Assembly (NCBI GenBank): GCA_002683215.1
Contig: NYSY01000137.1
Coordinates: forward strand, 2,300 to 66,299
DNA from: Planctomycetaceae bacterium
GTDB lineage: Bacteria; Planctomycetota; Phycisphaerae; Phycisphaerales; SM1A02
Direction: 5' to 3'
Length of the DNA stretch: 64,000 bases
This document shows, in pieces, positions 1-9,418 of this stretch (positions within the stretch are counted from its first letter, which is position 1; the number at the start of each line of letters is the position of its first letter). The translations under genes and the position numbers were made by a program. Below the pieces are notes generated by a model. That model worked only from the letters and a program-made list of their open reading frames with translations, made no database searches and was not told the DNA's origin.

Positions 1-328
1 GCGACATGAGAGTTTGCCCGCGCGTGCGAGATGGGCCGATGCGAACATGTTTCGAAAAAACTTCCTGAAATCAACCCGGTTTAAAGTCGATAGGCGTCGA
101 TTCTCGAATTACGCCGGAATCGCCTCGAACTCCTCGGCGGCCGGGCTCGAATTATCTCCTGTTCCAGGGAACTGGAAGGACTTGAAGGCCGGACCTGCCG
201 GGGGCGGCCTTCAGATCGAAGTTTCCAGTGGAACGAGATGATCGATCGGCGGAGGCGTCGGTCGAGTTCCGGGCGAGCCCTTCCGGCTTAAGGGGGATCC
301 CACGGCAGCGTGGCAGTAGGAGAAGAGC

Positions 329-365
329 GACGAACGGCGTGGCATCGCGTCGTTCGTCCATTTTT
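329..365 (+). terminator. Intrinsic-terminator-like hairpin plus T-run in the non-coding region upstream of the chitinase
   Basis: GACGAACGGCG (329-339) pairs with CGCGTCGTTCGTC (346-358), giving 11 bp with one G-U. The stem is followed by CCATTTTTGG (T-run 361-365). It lies about 140 nt before the chitinase ATG. Confidence 0.5.
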
Positions 366-503
366 GGCAGTATGTCACCGAGGATCCGACCTCGGGATCA
401 TCTGGATCTTTGACGATCTCACGGTCGGATCGGTGCGTATGACTCGACTCGCCGTCCGGTGCAGGTCCGGCCGGCATCCTTCAGGAACACTTGGAGAACG
501 ATC

Positions 504-2423
504 ATGAAGCATCGAATCGACATTGGCCGGCTGGTCGGGATTCCGACGCTCGCGTTCGCGCTCGGCACGGCTGGTGCATCCGCGTCGGACATCACCGTCA
601 CCTTCGAAGTACCCAACGCCTGGAACGGTGGTCACACCGGGGCGATCCTCATTCGGAACACCGGAACCTCCACGGTCGAGGGTTGGCGACTTCGCTACGA
701 GAACGGGCCCGAGATGAGCTCGGTCTGGAACGCGATCTGGAACGTCGAAGGGGTTGTCACGACGCTCGACGACGCCGATTGGAACGCCACGATCGCACCG
801 GGCTCGGAAATCGAACTCGGGTACTCCGGGGTCGGCGCGTTCATCGGCGACATCACGGGCGCGACGCTCAACGGGGCCCCGGTCACCTTGGTGTACGGGG
901 ACGGAACCGGCGGCGGCGGTGACGACGGCGGCGGTGACGACGGCGGCGGTGACGACGGCGGCGGTGATGACGACGGCGGCGGTGATGACGACGGCGGCGG
1001 CGGTGATGACGGGCGCGGCGGTGATGGCGATGGAAGCGGCGATCCGCCGTCCTTCGATCCCTGCCCTGCGGATCTCGATGGGTCCGGTTCCGTGAACGGC
1101 GGCGACCTCGGCATCCTGCTTTCCGCATGGGGCGGTCCCGGTGTGGCGGATCTCGATGGAAGCGGCGTCGTCGACGGCGGCGATCTCGGTTTCTTCCTCG
1201 CGTCCTGGGGCGAATGTCCGGATGTGATCGATGGCCGCGTCGTGGCCTACTACATCGAATGGGGCACCTACGGGCGGAACTTCCAGCCCGCGGACATTCC
1301 CTACGAAAAGATCACGCATCTCAACTACGCCTTCGCGGACATCGGACCGGATGGCCGCATCGCCTTGTTCGACGAGTATGCGGCGATCGACAAGTCCTTC
1401 CCGGGTGACACCTGGGATCAGCCCTATCGAGGTCTGATCAATCAGATCAACAACGTCCACAAGCCGGAACACCCGCACCTCAAGACCATGATCTCGGTGG
1501 GTGGGTGGACGCTCTCCGGTCGATTCAGCGACGTGGCGCTGACCGAGGCCTCGAGGTCGACGTTCGCGGAGAGCTGCGTCGAATTCATGCGGGCGTACAA
1601 CTTCGACGGCGTCGACATCGACTGGGAGTATCCCGTCGAGGGTGGTCTCGCGAGCAACGTCTACCGGCCGGTGGACGGGGTGAACTACACGTTCCTGCTC
1701 CAGGAACTTCGGGATCGACTCGATGTCGCGGGCGCCGAAGACGGCGTCCACTACGAACTCTCGATCGCGGCGCCCGCCGGGTTCGACAAGTACCGTCATC
1801 TCGAACTCGACCGACTCGGGGAGATCCTCGACTTCGTCAACGTGATGACGTACGACCTGCGGGGCGCGTGGGACTTCACGAACACCGGGCATCATTCACC
1901 GCTGTTCTCGAACCCGGATGATCCGGGTGATCCCGAGATCGCCGAGAAGTACACCGTGGATCACGTGATCCAGGCCTACCTCGCGGGTGGTGTCGAGCCG
2001 GCGAAGCTCGTGATGGGCCTGCCAATCTACGGGCGGGCGTGGGGTGGCGTCGCGAACGGCGGAACCGGCGGGCTCTTCCAGCCGGCGTCCTCGGTTCCCG
2101 CGGGGACCTGGGACGACGGGACGAGCGGGGCCACCGGCGTCGACGACTTCGACGCCGCGGGCACCGGTCGGGACGGCATTCTGCAGCTGCTCCAGTCCGG
2201 TGACTACACCCGGTACTGGGACGACGTGTCGAAGGTGCCGTATCTGTACTCACCCAGTCGTTTCGGCGGCCACTTCATCTCCTACGACGATCAGGAGTCG
2301 ACCCAGTACAAGCTCGACTATCTGCGTGAGTTCGGCCTCGGCGGCGTGATGTACTGGGAGATCACGGCAGATCGCGGGCAGGGACTCGTCGATCTGATCG
2401 CCGAGAGCGTGATGGCGAAGTGA
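504..2423 (+). CDS. Secreted chitinase: CBM2-like module, Gly/Asp linker, two dockerin-type Ca-binding repeats, GH18 catalytic domain
   Basis: ORF 459..2423. Internal ATG at 504 (MKHRIDIGRL) is preceded by GGAG and followed by the signal-like LVGIPTLAFALGTAGASA. GH18 signature DGVDIDWEYP is present. Two DLDGSGxVxGGDLGxxLxxWG repeats and a Trp/Asn-rich N-terminal beta module typical of CBM2. Confidence 0.9.
   Translation: MKHRIDIGRLVGIPTLAFALGTAGASASDITVTFEVPNAWNGGHTGAILIRNTGTSTVEGWRLRYENGPEMSSVWNAIWNVEGVVTTLDDADWNATIAPGSEIELGYSGVGAFIGDITGATLNGAPVTLVYGDGTGGGGDDGGGDDGGGDDGGGDDDGGGDDDGGGGDDGRGGDGDGSGDPPSFDPCPADLDGSGSVNGGDLGILLSAWGGPGVADLDGSGVVDGGDLGFFLASWGECPDVIDGRVVAYYIEWGTYGRNFQPADIPYEKITHLNYAFADIGPDGRIALFDEYAAIDKSFPGDTWDQPYRGLINQINNVHKPEHPHLKTMISVGGWTLSGRFSDVALTEASRSTFAESCVEFMRAYNFDGVDIDWEYPVEGGLASNVYRPVDGVNYTFLLQELRDRLDVAGAEDGVHYELSIAAPAGFDKYRHLELDRLGEILDFVNVMTYDLRGAWDFTNTGHHSPLFSNPDDPGDPEIAEKYTVDHVIQAYLAGGVEPAKLVMGLPIYGRAWGGVANGGTGGLFQPASSVPAGTWDDGTSGATGVDDFDAAGTGRDGILQLLQSGDYTRYWDDVSKVPYLYSPSRFGGHFISYDDQESTQYKLDYLREFGLGGVMYWEITADRGQGLVDLIAESVMAK
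908..1035 (+). repeat. In-frame tandem repeat of about 15 nt (ggcggcggtgacgac and gat variants) encoding a (GGGDD)n linker
   Basis: Read directly: about 7 contiguous copies, translating to GGGGDDGGGDDGGGDDGGGDDDGGGDDDGGGGDDGRGGDGDGSGD inside the chitinase ORF. Confidence 0.85.
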
Positions 2424-2450
2424 TACCGGGATGATGCGACCGGTCGATGC

Positions 2451-2486
2451 GAACGGCGGGAGGACGCTCACGTCCTCCCGCCGTTC
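2451..2486. terminator. Bidirectional hairpin terminator between convergent chitinase and PHP-hydrolase genes
   Basis: Perfect 16-bp stem GAACGGCGGGAGGACG / CGTCCTCCCGCCGTTC with loop CTCA, located between stop codons at 2423 (+) and 2515 (-). Confidence 0.7.
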
Positions 2487-2514
2487 ATTCGTACGTGGAT
2501 CGCCCGATCGTGTG

Positions 2515-4914
2515 TCAGTCGTCGATCGACGTCATGACGGTGAGGCGACGGTCGAGCGGTCGAAAGTGGAACCCGAAGTCGCCGCTGCCGTTCTCGACCG
2601 CGATCGTCACCGCGTTCGGGCCACGGCGAAGCGGAACCTCGAGCATCGAACCGAACGGTGAGGCGCCGTGCGTGGTTCGATCGAGGAGAACCGTTTGGCC
2701 GTTGACGATCACCGCGGCGCCGTCGTCGGAACCGAAGGCGACGATCGCGGTGGTGTCGTCGGGAGCCATGATCCAGCCCGATGCGATCGCGATCGAGTTC
2801 TCGGTGGCTGCAGGATCGGCGGCGATCTCGAGGAACGAGAGAAGGCCGTTCGGCCGAGTTCGCTTCCGCTCCCACCCGATGGTGCCGCCGGCCGTCTCCG
2901 GCGGATCCTTCAGCAATGAGAACGTCCGTGCGAAGCCTTCGAGGTCTTCGGTCGCGTCGGTCGTGGGATACGGTCCGGCCACCATCCACGCCCGGGGCCC
3001 GGGGCCCGCGACCTCGTTCAGCCCGGAGTCGCCGAGGTCGCGAAGCGGGGTGACGCCGCGTCGATCGATGAACCGCTGGAGCCGGACCGCGGCGCGGTCC
3101 GGGGCGGGCGCGGCGAGTCCGCGGAGGGCGGCGGCGGCGAGCCGATCGTCCGCCGCTTCGTCGGTCATGAGCCGTTCGAGCTGTTCCGCGAACGCCGGCG
3201 CACCGGTCGCGGCTCGCACCGCCCCGAGTCGGACGACTCGCCACTCGTCGGATTCGTCGGTGAGGCCCGACTCGATCAATCGGCGTCGAACCTCGGGGTC
3301 GAGTTCGTCGTCGGCCCGCGCCGCGGCGATGATCCGCCGTCGTTCCGCGCCGGAGGCGACGTCCCAGGCCGGCGACGCGAGGTCCGCGGTGGTCGTCGCG
3401 ATCTCGCGCTTCACCCGGTCGAGGGGCGGGGTCCACTCGCCGTCGAGATCCGCATCGATTCGGAACGGGTTCACGATGGCCACCGGGATCACGGGGCGTT
3501 TCTTGCCATCGACCACGGGGGCGAGCGAGTCGTCCCCCTCGACGAGCAGCACGATCCAGCCGTCGGTCGCGACGGGGACTTCGATGTCCCCTTCGAAGCG
3601 GATCCGGTCCCGCGAGTCGTCCACGGGAATGCGATCGATCTCGTCGCCGTCCCGGATCACCCGGATCCGATCGACGTCGATCCAGGGCGCGGCCTGGATC
3701 TCCACCGCGATCCGGACCCGGCCGTCCTCGTCGACGGACGCCATCCGTGGATCATCGTGCAGGCCGCGGTCCGGAATCGAAGCGCGGACGATGGGGCCGC
3801 TGGTCACCACGACGTCACCGCTTCGAATCGCCGCGATCATCTCCCGGGGATCGATCTCGCCCGGATCGTCGGTGGAGGAACCCATGTAGTTCCGGGGGAC
3901 GCCGGCGAAGTTGGCCTTGACGGAGTGGCTGTCGGAATTCCCGGTGGCGATCGATCGGTGGCCGGTGTCGAGCAGCGCGTACCAGTCGAGCATCGAGGAA
4001 TGGGTCTGGGAGCCGACGTCGACGCCGCCCGCGTCGGCGGGATCCCGCCATCCCCACAGGGCGTTCTCATTCAGCACCTCGATCGCGTCGAAGTCCGCGC
4101 TCCAGCGTGGATTCGAACTGGTGCCGGTGGTCTCGTCGAGTTCGACCTGACTGAAGTAGTCGATGCCCGCCCAACGTGGATGGTTGACCTGGATCACCGG
4201 GACGACGTCGAGCGAATTCGGTTCGAGCCGGATCATCCGGAACATCGGTGGTGCGGCCGCGAGACGCGCGGGGATGGGGCGCCGCTCGGGGTCGACCGGG
4301 AAGATGTTGAAGTGGCCGATCGGGGTCGAGAGTTCGTTGCCGACCACGGAGGTGATCTGGGAGGAGGCACCCAACGCCGTGATCGTGGGGATGTAGTCGA
4401 TGTTCCGGTTGTGATCGGTCGCGATGGCGAAGTCGACGCCTTCGCCGATGAGGCTCACGATCCGTTCCGGCATGTTGGAGTCGCCGTGGCCGGAATGCGT
4501 GAGCGTGTGCAGATGGAAGTCGCCACCGATCAGGCCGGTGGTGTCCACCGCCGGTCGAATCCGGAGCTCGACCTCCAGCCGTCCGTCGGCCGGAATCTCG
4601 ACCCACGTTCGATCGATGCTCCACTCGATGCCGCGACTGGCGAGCAGTTCGCATCGACCGGCGGGCAGGACCAGTTCACCCGTGCCGTCGAGGGCGTAGC
4701 AGACGTCTTCGCGGACCGCATGGCGATCGCCGAAGGGCCCGCCCAGCGCGACGAGATCCACATCGGGCTCGAGCACGGTGAGACGGGCGGGCACCGGTGC
4801 ATTCTCGGGGCCGAGGATCCGGTAGGCGAGCACGCCCGTCTCCGAACCGGCATCCGGCGTCGCGGTCGAGGCAACGGCGGTGATCAGCACGAGGATGAGG
4901 ATGGGAAGTGTCAT
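2515..4914 (-). CDS. Secreted PHP-domain (CehA/McbA-type) metal-dependent hydrolase with helical-repeat middle region and C-terminal beta-sandwich
   Basis: 799-aa ORF. Signal peptide MTLPILILVLITAVASTATP. PHP-type His cluster GDFHLHTLTHSGHGDS, plus later ATDHN and NSDSH motifs. High third-position GC in this frame. Confidence 0.8.
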   Translation of the reverse strand: MTLPILILVLITAVASTATPDAGSETGVLAYRILGPENAPVPARLTVLEPDVDLVALGGPFGDRHAVREDVCYALDGTGELVLPAGRCELLASRGIEWSIDRTWVEIPADGRLEVELRIRPAVDTTGLIGGDFHLHTLTHSGHGDSNMPERIVSLIGEGVDFAIATDHNRNIDYIPTITALGASSQITSVVGNELSTPIGHFNIFPVDPERRPIPARLAAAPPMFRMIRLEPNSLDVVPVIQVNHPRWAGIDYFSQVELDETTGTSSNPRWSADFDAIEVLNENALWGWRDPADAGGVDVGSQTHSSMLDWYALLDTGHRSIATGNSDSHSVKANFAGVPRNYMGSSTDDPGEIDPREMIAAIRSGDVVVTSGPIVRASIPDRGLHDDPRMASVDEDGRVRIAVEIQAAPWIDVDRIRVIRDGDEIDRIPVDDSRDRIRFEGDIEVPVATDGWIVLLVEGDDSLAPVVDGKKRPVIPVAIVNPFRIDADLDGEWTPPLDRVKREIATTTADLASPAWDVASGAERRRIIAAARADDELDPEVRRRLIESGLTDESDEWRVVRLGAVRAATGAPAFAEQLERLMTDEAADDRLAAAALRGLAAPAPDRAAVRLQRFIDRRGVTPLRDLGDSGLNEVAGPGPRAWMVAGPYPTTDATEDLEGFARTFSLLKDPPETAGGTIGWERKRTRPNGLLSFLEIAADPAATENSIAIASGWIMAPDDTTAIVAFGSDDGAAVIVNGQTVLLDRTTHGASPFGSMLEVPLRRGPNAVTIAVENGSGDFGFHFRPLDRRLTVMTSIDD

Positions 4915-4943
4915 CCGGACACCGTACCACTCGTGAAACGCAA

Positions 4944-4976
4944 GGACGCCCCCGCAGCGAGGCTGCGGGGGCGTCC
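4944..4976 (-). terminator. Hairpin terminator downstream of the His/Tyr-rich lipoprotein gene
   Basis: Perfect 14-bp stem GGACGCCCCCGCAG / CTGCGGGGGCGTCC with loop CGAGG, 26 nt after the stop at 5002. Confidence 0.65.
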
Positions 4977-5001
4977 GATGTCCGTCTGGCGATCGCGGGG
5001 A

Positions 5002-5523
5002 TCACTCGTTGATCGAACCGGTTCCGTTGTTGGCCCACGGGTTGAAGTCGCCGGGTGCCCAGCTGCCACCACGGTGGTAGGGGTTTCCGCCCTGCCAGCC
5101 GCTGGTGTAGGGGTTGGCGGCGTTGCCACCGTTGGGACTGTGGGCGTAGGGGCTGGTGGGGTTCTGCATGGCCGCATGATGCGGGACCATGTACGCGGGA
5201 TGGGCGTACCCGTTGAAGCTCGTGGTCATGTGCGGAGCGCCCGCGATCGAGTACGAGCCACCGGGGTGGTAGTGGTGGTGCGTGTGGTAGTGGTAGTGGA
5301 TCTGGGGGGATCCGACCGCCTGCGACTCCAGGGACTGGGGGTTCACCTCGCCGCCGGGGCCGTTGTAGCCGGCCTGGGCACCGCCACCGGCTTCGGGCTT
5401 GCCCTTGATTTCATAGTTCTCGTCCTGCATGGCGCCGGCCCAGATCATCGGCTCGCTGGTCTGGTTGGTGTTCGCGCATCCGGCGGCGGCGAGGACGGTG
5501 AGGAGGAGCATCGGCGTTCGCAT
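5002..5523 (-). CDS. Small lipoprotein with His/Tyr-rich low-complexity core
   Basis: 173-aa ORF. Lipobox LAAAGC after MRTPMLLLTV. Core QIHYHYHTHHHYHPGG plus scattered H/Y/N/G/P. No family recognised. Confidence 0.7.
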   Translation of the reverse strand: MRTPMLLLTVLAAAGCANTNQTSEPMIWAGAMQDENYEIKGKPEAGGGAQAGYNGPGGEVNPQSLESQAVGSPQIHYHYHTHHHYHPGGSYSIAGAPHMTTSFNGYAHPAYMVPHHAAMQNPTSPYAHSPNGGNAANPYTSGWQGGNPYHRGGSWAPGDFNPWANNGTGSINE

Positions 5524-5713
5524 CGGTTCGGTCCTTCAGTTGACTTCGGATCCGCCTGACGAGACTGGGCGGCTATCCCGATATCGGTCATCTCGGGGGC
5601 CGGACCTCAGTATGAACCCACGTAAGCGGGAGAATCCCGGCTCGGTACCATGAAGCCGGACGGAGTCGGCCGCCGAGGCGCTCCCCACCGAAGACCAGGC
5701 AGGAGAGCCAGGA

Positions 5714-7849
5714 ATGACCACCACGAGTTCCGACCACCCGATCGCCGGTACGCCGGGAGACGTCCCCGCGATCGACGCGCTCGCGATCAACACCATCCGG
5801 ACGCTGTCGATGGACGCGGTGCAGGCCGCCAACAGCGGGCACCCGGGCACCCCGATGGCGCTGGCCCCGGTCGCCTACGCCCTGTGGCAGCACCGCCTGA
5901 GGTACGACCCCGCGGATCCGATCTGGCCCGATCGGGACCGTTTCGTGCTGAGCAACGGGCATGCGTCCATGCTGCTCTATTCGATCCTGCACCTCGCCGG
6001 GGTGAAGGCCGTCAACCCCAAATACGAGATCACCGGCGACCCCGCGGTACGGCTCGAGGACATCGAGCGGTTCCGTCAGCTGGATTCCAAGTGCCCGGGC
6101 CATCCGGAATACCGGTGGACCAGCGGCGTCGAGACCACGACGGGCCCGCTCGGGCAGGGGATCGCGACCAGCGTCGGCATGGCGATGGCGTCGCGGTGGA
6201 AGGCGTCGCGCTACAACCGACCCGGGTTCGATCTCTTCGACTACGCCGTCTTCGCGATCTGCGGCGACGGATGTCTCATGGAAGGGGTCTCCAACGAGGC
6301 CGCGTCGCTCGCCGGCCATCTCGGCCTGAGCAACCTCTGCTGGATCTACGACAACAACAAGATCACGATCGAAGGGCACACCGATCTCGCCTACGGCGAC
6401 GATGTCGCCACCCGGTTCCTTTCCTACGGTTGGAACGTGCTCCGGGTCGGAGATGCCAACGACGTCGATCGGCTGACCCAGTGCTTCGAGACCTTCGACG
6501 CGACCGACGACCGGCCGACGATGATCATCGTCGACAGTCACATCGGCTGGGGTGCGCCGCACAAGCAGGACACCGCCTCGGCCCACGGTGAACCGCTCGG
6601 CGTCGACGAGATCCGGCTGGCGAAGGAGGCCTACGGCTGGCCGCCCGACGCGAAGTTCCTCGTCCCCGACGGCGTGATGGAGCGATTCCAGGAACTGGTC
6701 GGCGCTCGTGGCCGCACCGCTCGCGACGCGTGGTTCGATCTCTACGAGCGGTACCGGGTGGAGCACCCCGATCTCGCGGAGGAGCTGCTCCGGATGCAGC
6801 GTCGGGAACTTCCCGACGACTGGGACGCCGACATCGAGGAATACCCCGCCGATCCGAAGGGCATGGCCACCCGTTCCTCGAACGGGAAGGTCCTCAACGC
6901 GGTGGCGGGACGGGTCCCCTGGCTGATCGGTGGCGCCGCGGACCTCGCGCCCAGCACCAAGACCCTGATCACCGATCCCGAGGCAGGCAGTTTCCAGCGA
7001 CCGGATGCGCTCGGCTCGGCCCCCGGAGACTACGGCGGCCGCAACATCCACTTCGGCATTCGCGAGTTCGCGATGGCGGCGGCATGCAACGGTCTTTCGC
7101 TTTCGAAGGTCCGCTCCTACGGTGCCGGATTCCTGATCTTCAGCGACTACTGTCGGGCGGCGATCCGACTCGCGGCGTTGATGGAGATCCCGGTGATCTT
7201 CGTCTTCACCCACGACTCGATCGGGCTCGGCGAGGACGGTCCGACGCATCAGCCGATCGAGCAGATTGCGTCGCTCCGCGCGATGCCTGGGATCATGATC
7301 TTCCGACCCTGCGACGCCAACGAGGTCGCGGAGTGCTGGCGGGTGTTCATGCCGATGAAGCACGAACCGGTGCTGCTCGCGCTTTCGAGGCAGAACCTGC
7401 CCACGCTCGACCGGACGAAGTACGCCTCGGCCCGGGGCGTGGAGAAGGGGGGCTACACCCTCGCGGACTGCGACGGGACGCCGGAAGTCCTGCTGATCGC
7501 GACCGGGAGCGAGGTTCATCCCTGCCTCGAGGCGCACGACCGGCTCGCGGGCGAGGGCATCCGAAGCCGGGTGGTCAGCCTTCCGTGCTGGACGCTCTTC
7601 GAGCGTCAGTCCGAGGAATATCGGGAATCGGTGCTTCCCCGTTCGGTGCGGGCCCGGGTCTGCGTCGAGCAGGCGGCGACCTTCGGCTGGGAGCGGTACG
7701 CCGGTCTCGAAGGTGAGATCATCGGGATGACCCGCTTCGGCGCCAGTGCGCCGATCGCGGAGCTTCAGAAGGAGTTCGGATTCGAATCCGAAAACGTGGT
7801 CGAGGCGGCGAAACGGACCATGGCCCGGGTCGCGGGAGGTGACGCGTGA
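5714..7849 (+). CDS. tkt: Transketolase
   Basis: 711 aa. AGGAGAG lies upstream of the ATG. Canonical N-terminus [29 protein letters not shown], and the ThDP motif region [13 protein letters not shown]. Confidence 0.97.
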   Translation: MTTTSSDHPIAGTPGDVPAIDALAINTIRTLSMDAVQAANSGHPGTPMALAPVAYALWQHRLRYDPADPIWPDRDRFVLSNGHASMLLYSILHLAGVKAVNPKYEITGDPAVRLEDIERFRQLDSKCPGHPEYRWTSGVETTTGPLGQGIATSVGMAMASRWKASRYNRPGFDLFDYAVFAICGDGCLMEGVSNEAASLAGHLGLSNLCWIYDNNKITIEGHTDLAYGDDVATRFLSYGWNVLRVGDANDVDRLTQCFETFDATDDRPTMIIVDSHIGWGAPHKQDTASAHGEPLGVDEIRLAKEAYGWPPDAKFLVPDGVMERFQELVGARGRTARDAWFDLYERYRVEHPDLAEELLRMQRRELPDDWDADIEEYPADPKGMATRSSNGKVLNAVAGRVPWLIGGAADLAPSTKTLITDPEAGSFQRPDALGSAPGDYGGRNIHFGIREFAMAAACNGLSLSKVRSYGAGFLIFSDYCRAAIRLAALMEIPVIFVFTHDSIGLGEDGPTHQPIEQIASLRAMPGIMIFRPCDANEVAECWRVFMPMKHEPVLLALSRQNLPTLDRTKYASARGVEKGGYTLADCDGTPEVLLIATGSEVHPCLEAHDRLAGEGIRSRVVSLPCWTLFERQSEEYRESVLPRSVRARVCVEQAATFGWERYAGLEGEIIGMTRFGASAPIAELQKEFGFESENVVEAAKRTMARVAGGDA

Positions 7850-8325
7850 AGATCGCGATCGGATCGGATCACGCCGGCTTCGAACTGAAGGAGACCCTTC
7901 GGTCCTTCATCGAATCGCTCGGGCACGAGATCATCGACGTCGGGACCGATTCGACCGAGAGCGTCGACTATCCCGACTTCGCGGAGAAGGTGGCGGTCGA
8001 GATCATCGCGGGACGCGCCGAGCGGGGCGTGATGCTCTGCGGTTCAGGCGTCGGGGCGAGCGTCGCGGCCAACAAGGTGCCGGGCATCCGCGCCGCCAAC
8101 TGCGAGGACTACTACTCGGCGCATCAGGGCGTCGAGCACGATGACATGAACATCCTGGTGCTGGGCGGCCGCATCGTCGGATCCGCACTCGCGGAGGACA
8201 TGGTGCGGGGATATCTCGGTGCGAGCTACACCGGCGAGGAACGACACGCCCGTCGGCTCGCCAAGGTGCGGGCCATGGAGTCCCGGGCCGACGAGTATCG
8301 GGCGATGCGGGCGGATCCGGCCTGA
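7846..8325 (+). CDS. rpiB: Ribose-5-phosphate isomerase B
   Basis: 159 aa, [16 protein letters not shown] and LCGSGVGASVAANK signatures. The GTG start overlaps the tkt stop by 4 nt (GTGA). Confidence 0.95.
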   Translation: MKIAIGSDHAGFELKETLRSFIESLGHEIIDVGTDSTESVDYPDFAEKVAVEIIAGRAERGVMLCGSGVGASVAANKVPGIRAANCEDYYSAHQGVEHDDMNILVLGGRIVGSALAEDMVRGYLGASYTGEERHARRLAKVRAMESRADEYRAMRADPA

Positions 8326-8350
8326 GCGGATCCTCACGCGTTTCAGGCGA

Positions 8351-8399
8351 TTGAAAAGACGACGCGTCGAGCGGGCTGCTCGACGCGTCGTCTTTTCAA
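8351..8399. terminator. Bidirectional hairpin terminator between rpiB and the FKBP gene
   Basis: 22-bp perfect arms TTGAAAAGACGACGCGTCGAGC / GCTCGACGCGTCGTCTTTTCAA. A/T runs on both flanks give a U-tract in either orientation. Confidence 0.8.
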
Positions 8400-8434
8400 T
8401 CGGGATCACCGGTCGCGGCCGAAGCCGCTCGCGC

Positions 8435-9283
8435 TCAATCCACGGATTCGATCAGTTCGACGTCGAAGATCAGGGTCGCCTTCGGGGGGATCGGGCCTCG
8501 GCCCGAAGGTCCGTAGGCGAGATCGAAGGGGATCACGAGCTTCCGCTTGCCGCCCACTCGCATGCTGCCGACCCCTTCGGTCCAGCCCTTGATCACGCCG
8601 TTCAGCGCGAAGTCGATGGGTTGTCCACGATCGACCGAAGAGTCGAACTTGGTGCCGTCGACGAGCCAGCCCGTGTAGTGGACCTTGACCTTCGACATCG
8701 GTCCGGCGGGGCTGTCGCCCGCGCCCTCCTCGAGGTCGAAGTAGCTGAGTCCGCTGGGAAGGACCACCATCTCCCGGTCGCCGACCGCAGCGCCGGGGAA
8801 TCGCGGAACCAGGGTGTCGGAGACCACCGCACCGGAGACCGCATCGACCACGATGTCGTGTCGCTTGCCCTGGTTGTAGATCACGGTGGTGATGGTCGGG
8901 GGCTCGGCGTCGTCGTCCGTGTAGACCGCCTTGACGAGTCCGTCGATCTTCTCGGTCGAAGTGCGGATCGCGTCCGGGATCGAGATCATCGGTGCGGTGA
9001 CCTTGCCGCTGGCCCCGTCGACGATCACCTTGGTGGGCACGCCGTTGCGAGTCACCATCAGCTCGTAGGAGACCGCTTCGCCGTCGAATCGGCAGGTGAG
9101 GCTGCGGACCGTGCCGCCGGTCTTCTGCTCGGCCTGCTTCACGGCTTCCTGGGCGTTGACCGGGGTGGCGGCGAGTCGCTGCTCGACTTCGTAGGGGTCG
9201 GGCGGGATGGTCGTGTAATCGGTGGTTTCGGGGGTCGAAGTCATGAGGATGGCCGAGGCTGCGAGGAGGACGAGGCTGTTCAT
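8435..9283 (-). CDS. Secreted FKBP-type peptidyl-prolyl isomerase preceded by two PepSY-like modules
   Basis: 282 aa. Signal-like [20 protein letters not shown] core [60 protein letters not shown]. Two repeats of the form G(G/A)xVxS...D..SG.V, typical of PepSY. Confidence 0.85.
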   Translation of the reverse strand: MNSLVLLAASAILMTSTPETTDYTTIPPDPYEVEQRLAATPVNAQEAVKQAEQKTGGTVRSLTCRFDGEAVSYELMVTRNGVPTKVIVDGASGKVTAPMISIPDAIRTSTEKIDGLVKAVYTDDDAEPPTITTVIYNQGKRHDIVVDAVSGAVVSDTLVPRFPGAAVGDREMVVLPSGLSYFDLEEGAGDSPAGPMSKVKVHYTGWLVDGTKFDSSVDRGQPIDFALNGVIKGWTEGVGSMRVGGKRKLVIPFDLAYGPSGRGPIPPKATLIFDVELIESVD

Positions 9284-9418
9284 CGAATCTACTCCGGTGT
9301 TCCGGAAGGGACGAGGTCGTCGCGCGACGACGGGAGGCGAATAATAGTCCCCCGTGGATGCCGGGGATAGTCGGGTATCCTCGGCGGATCGACCACTGGC
9401 CCTGAATGGAGGTGGTTC

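Noticed and set aside
908-1035. Regular short repeats that could be mistaken for a CRISPR array or minisatellite
   Set aside because: The units are contiguous (no spacers), only 15 nt long, and stay in frame within a clearly coding gene, where they encode GGGDD.
375-1895. 506-aa minus-strand ORF opposite the chitinase
   Set aside because: The composition is dominated by Arg/Asp/Val/Gly/Pro with no recognisable motif. The plus strand carries an unmistakable GH18/CBM2 protein. This is a typical high-GC shadow ORF.
2447-5559. 480-aa and 600-aa plus-strand ORFs (2447..3889, 3757..5559) overlapping the PHP hydrolase and lipoprotein genes
   Set aside because: Ser/Arg/Pro/Gly-rich low-complexity translations. 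The minus strand has signal peptides, PHP motifs and proper terminator hairpins.
5588-7537. 649-aa minus-strand ORF opposite tkt
   Set aside because: It is antisense to a textbook transketolase. Arg/Gly/Pro/Val-rich with no motifs.
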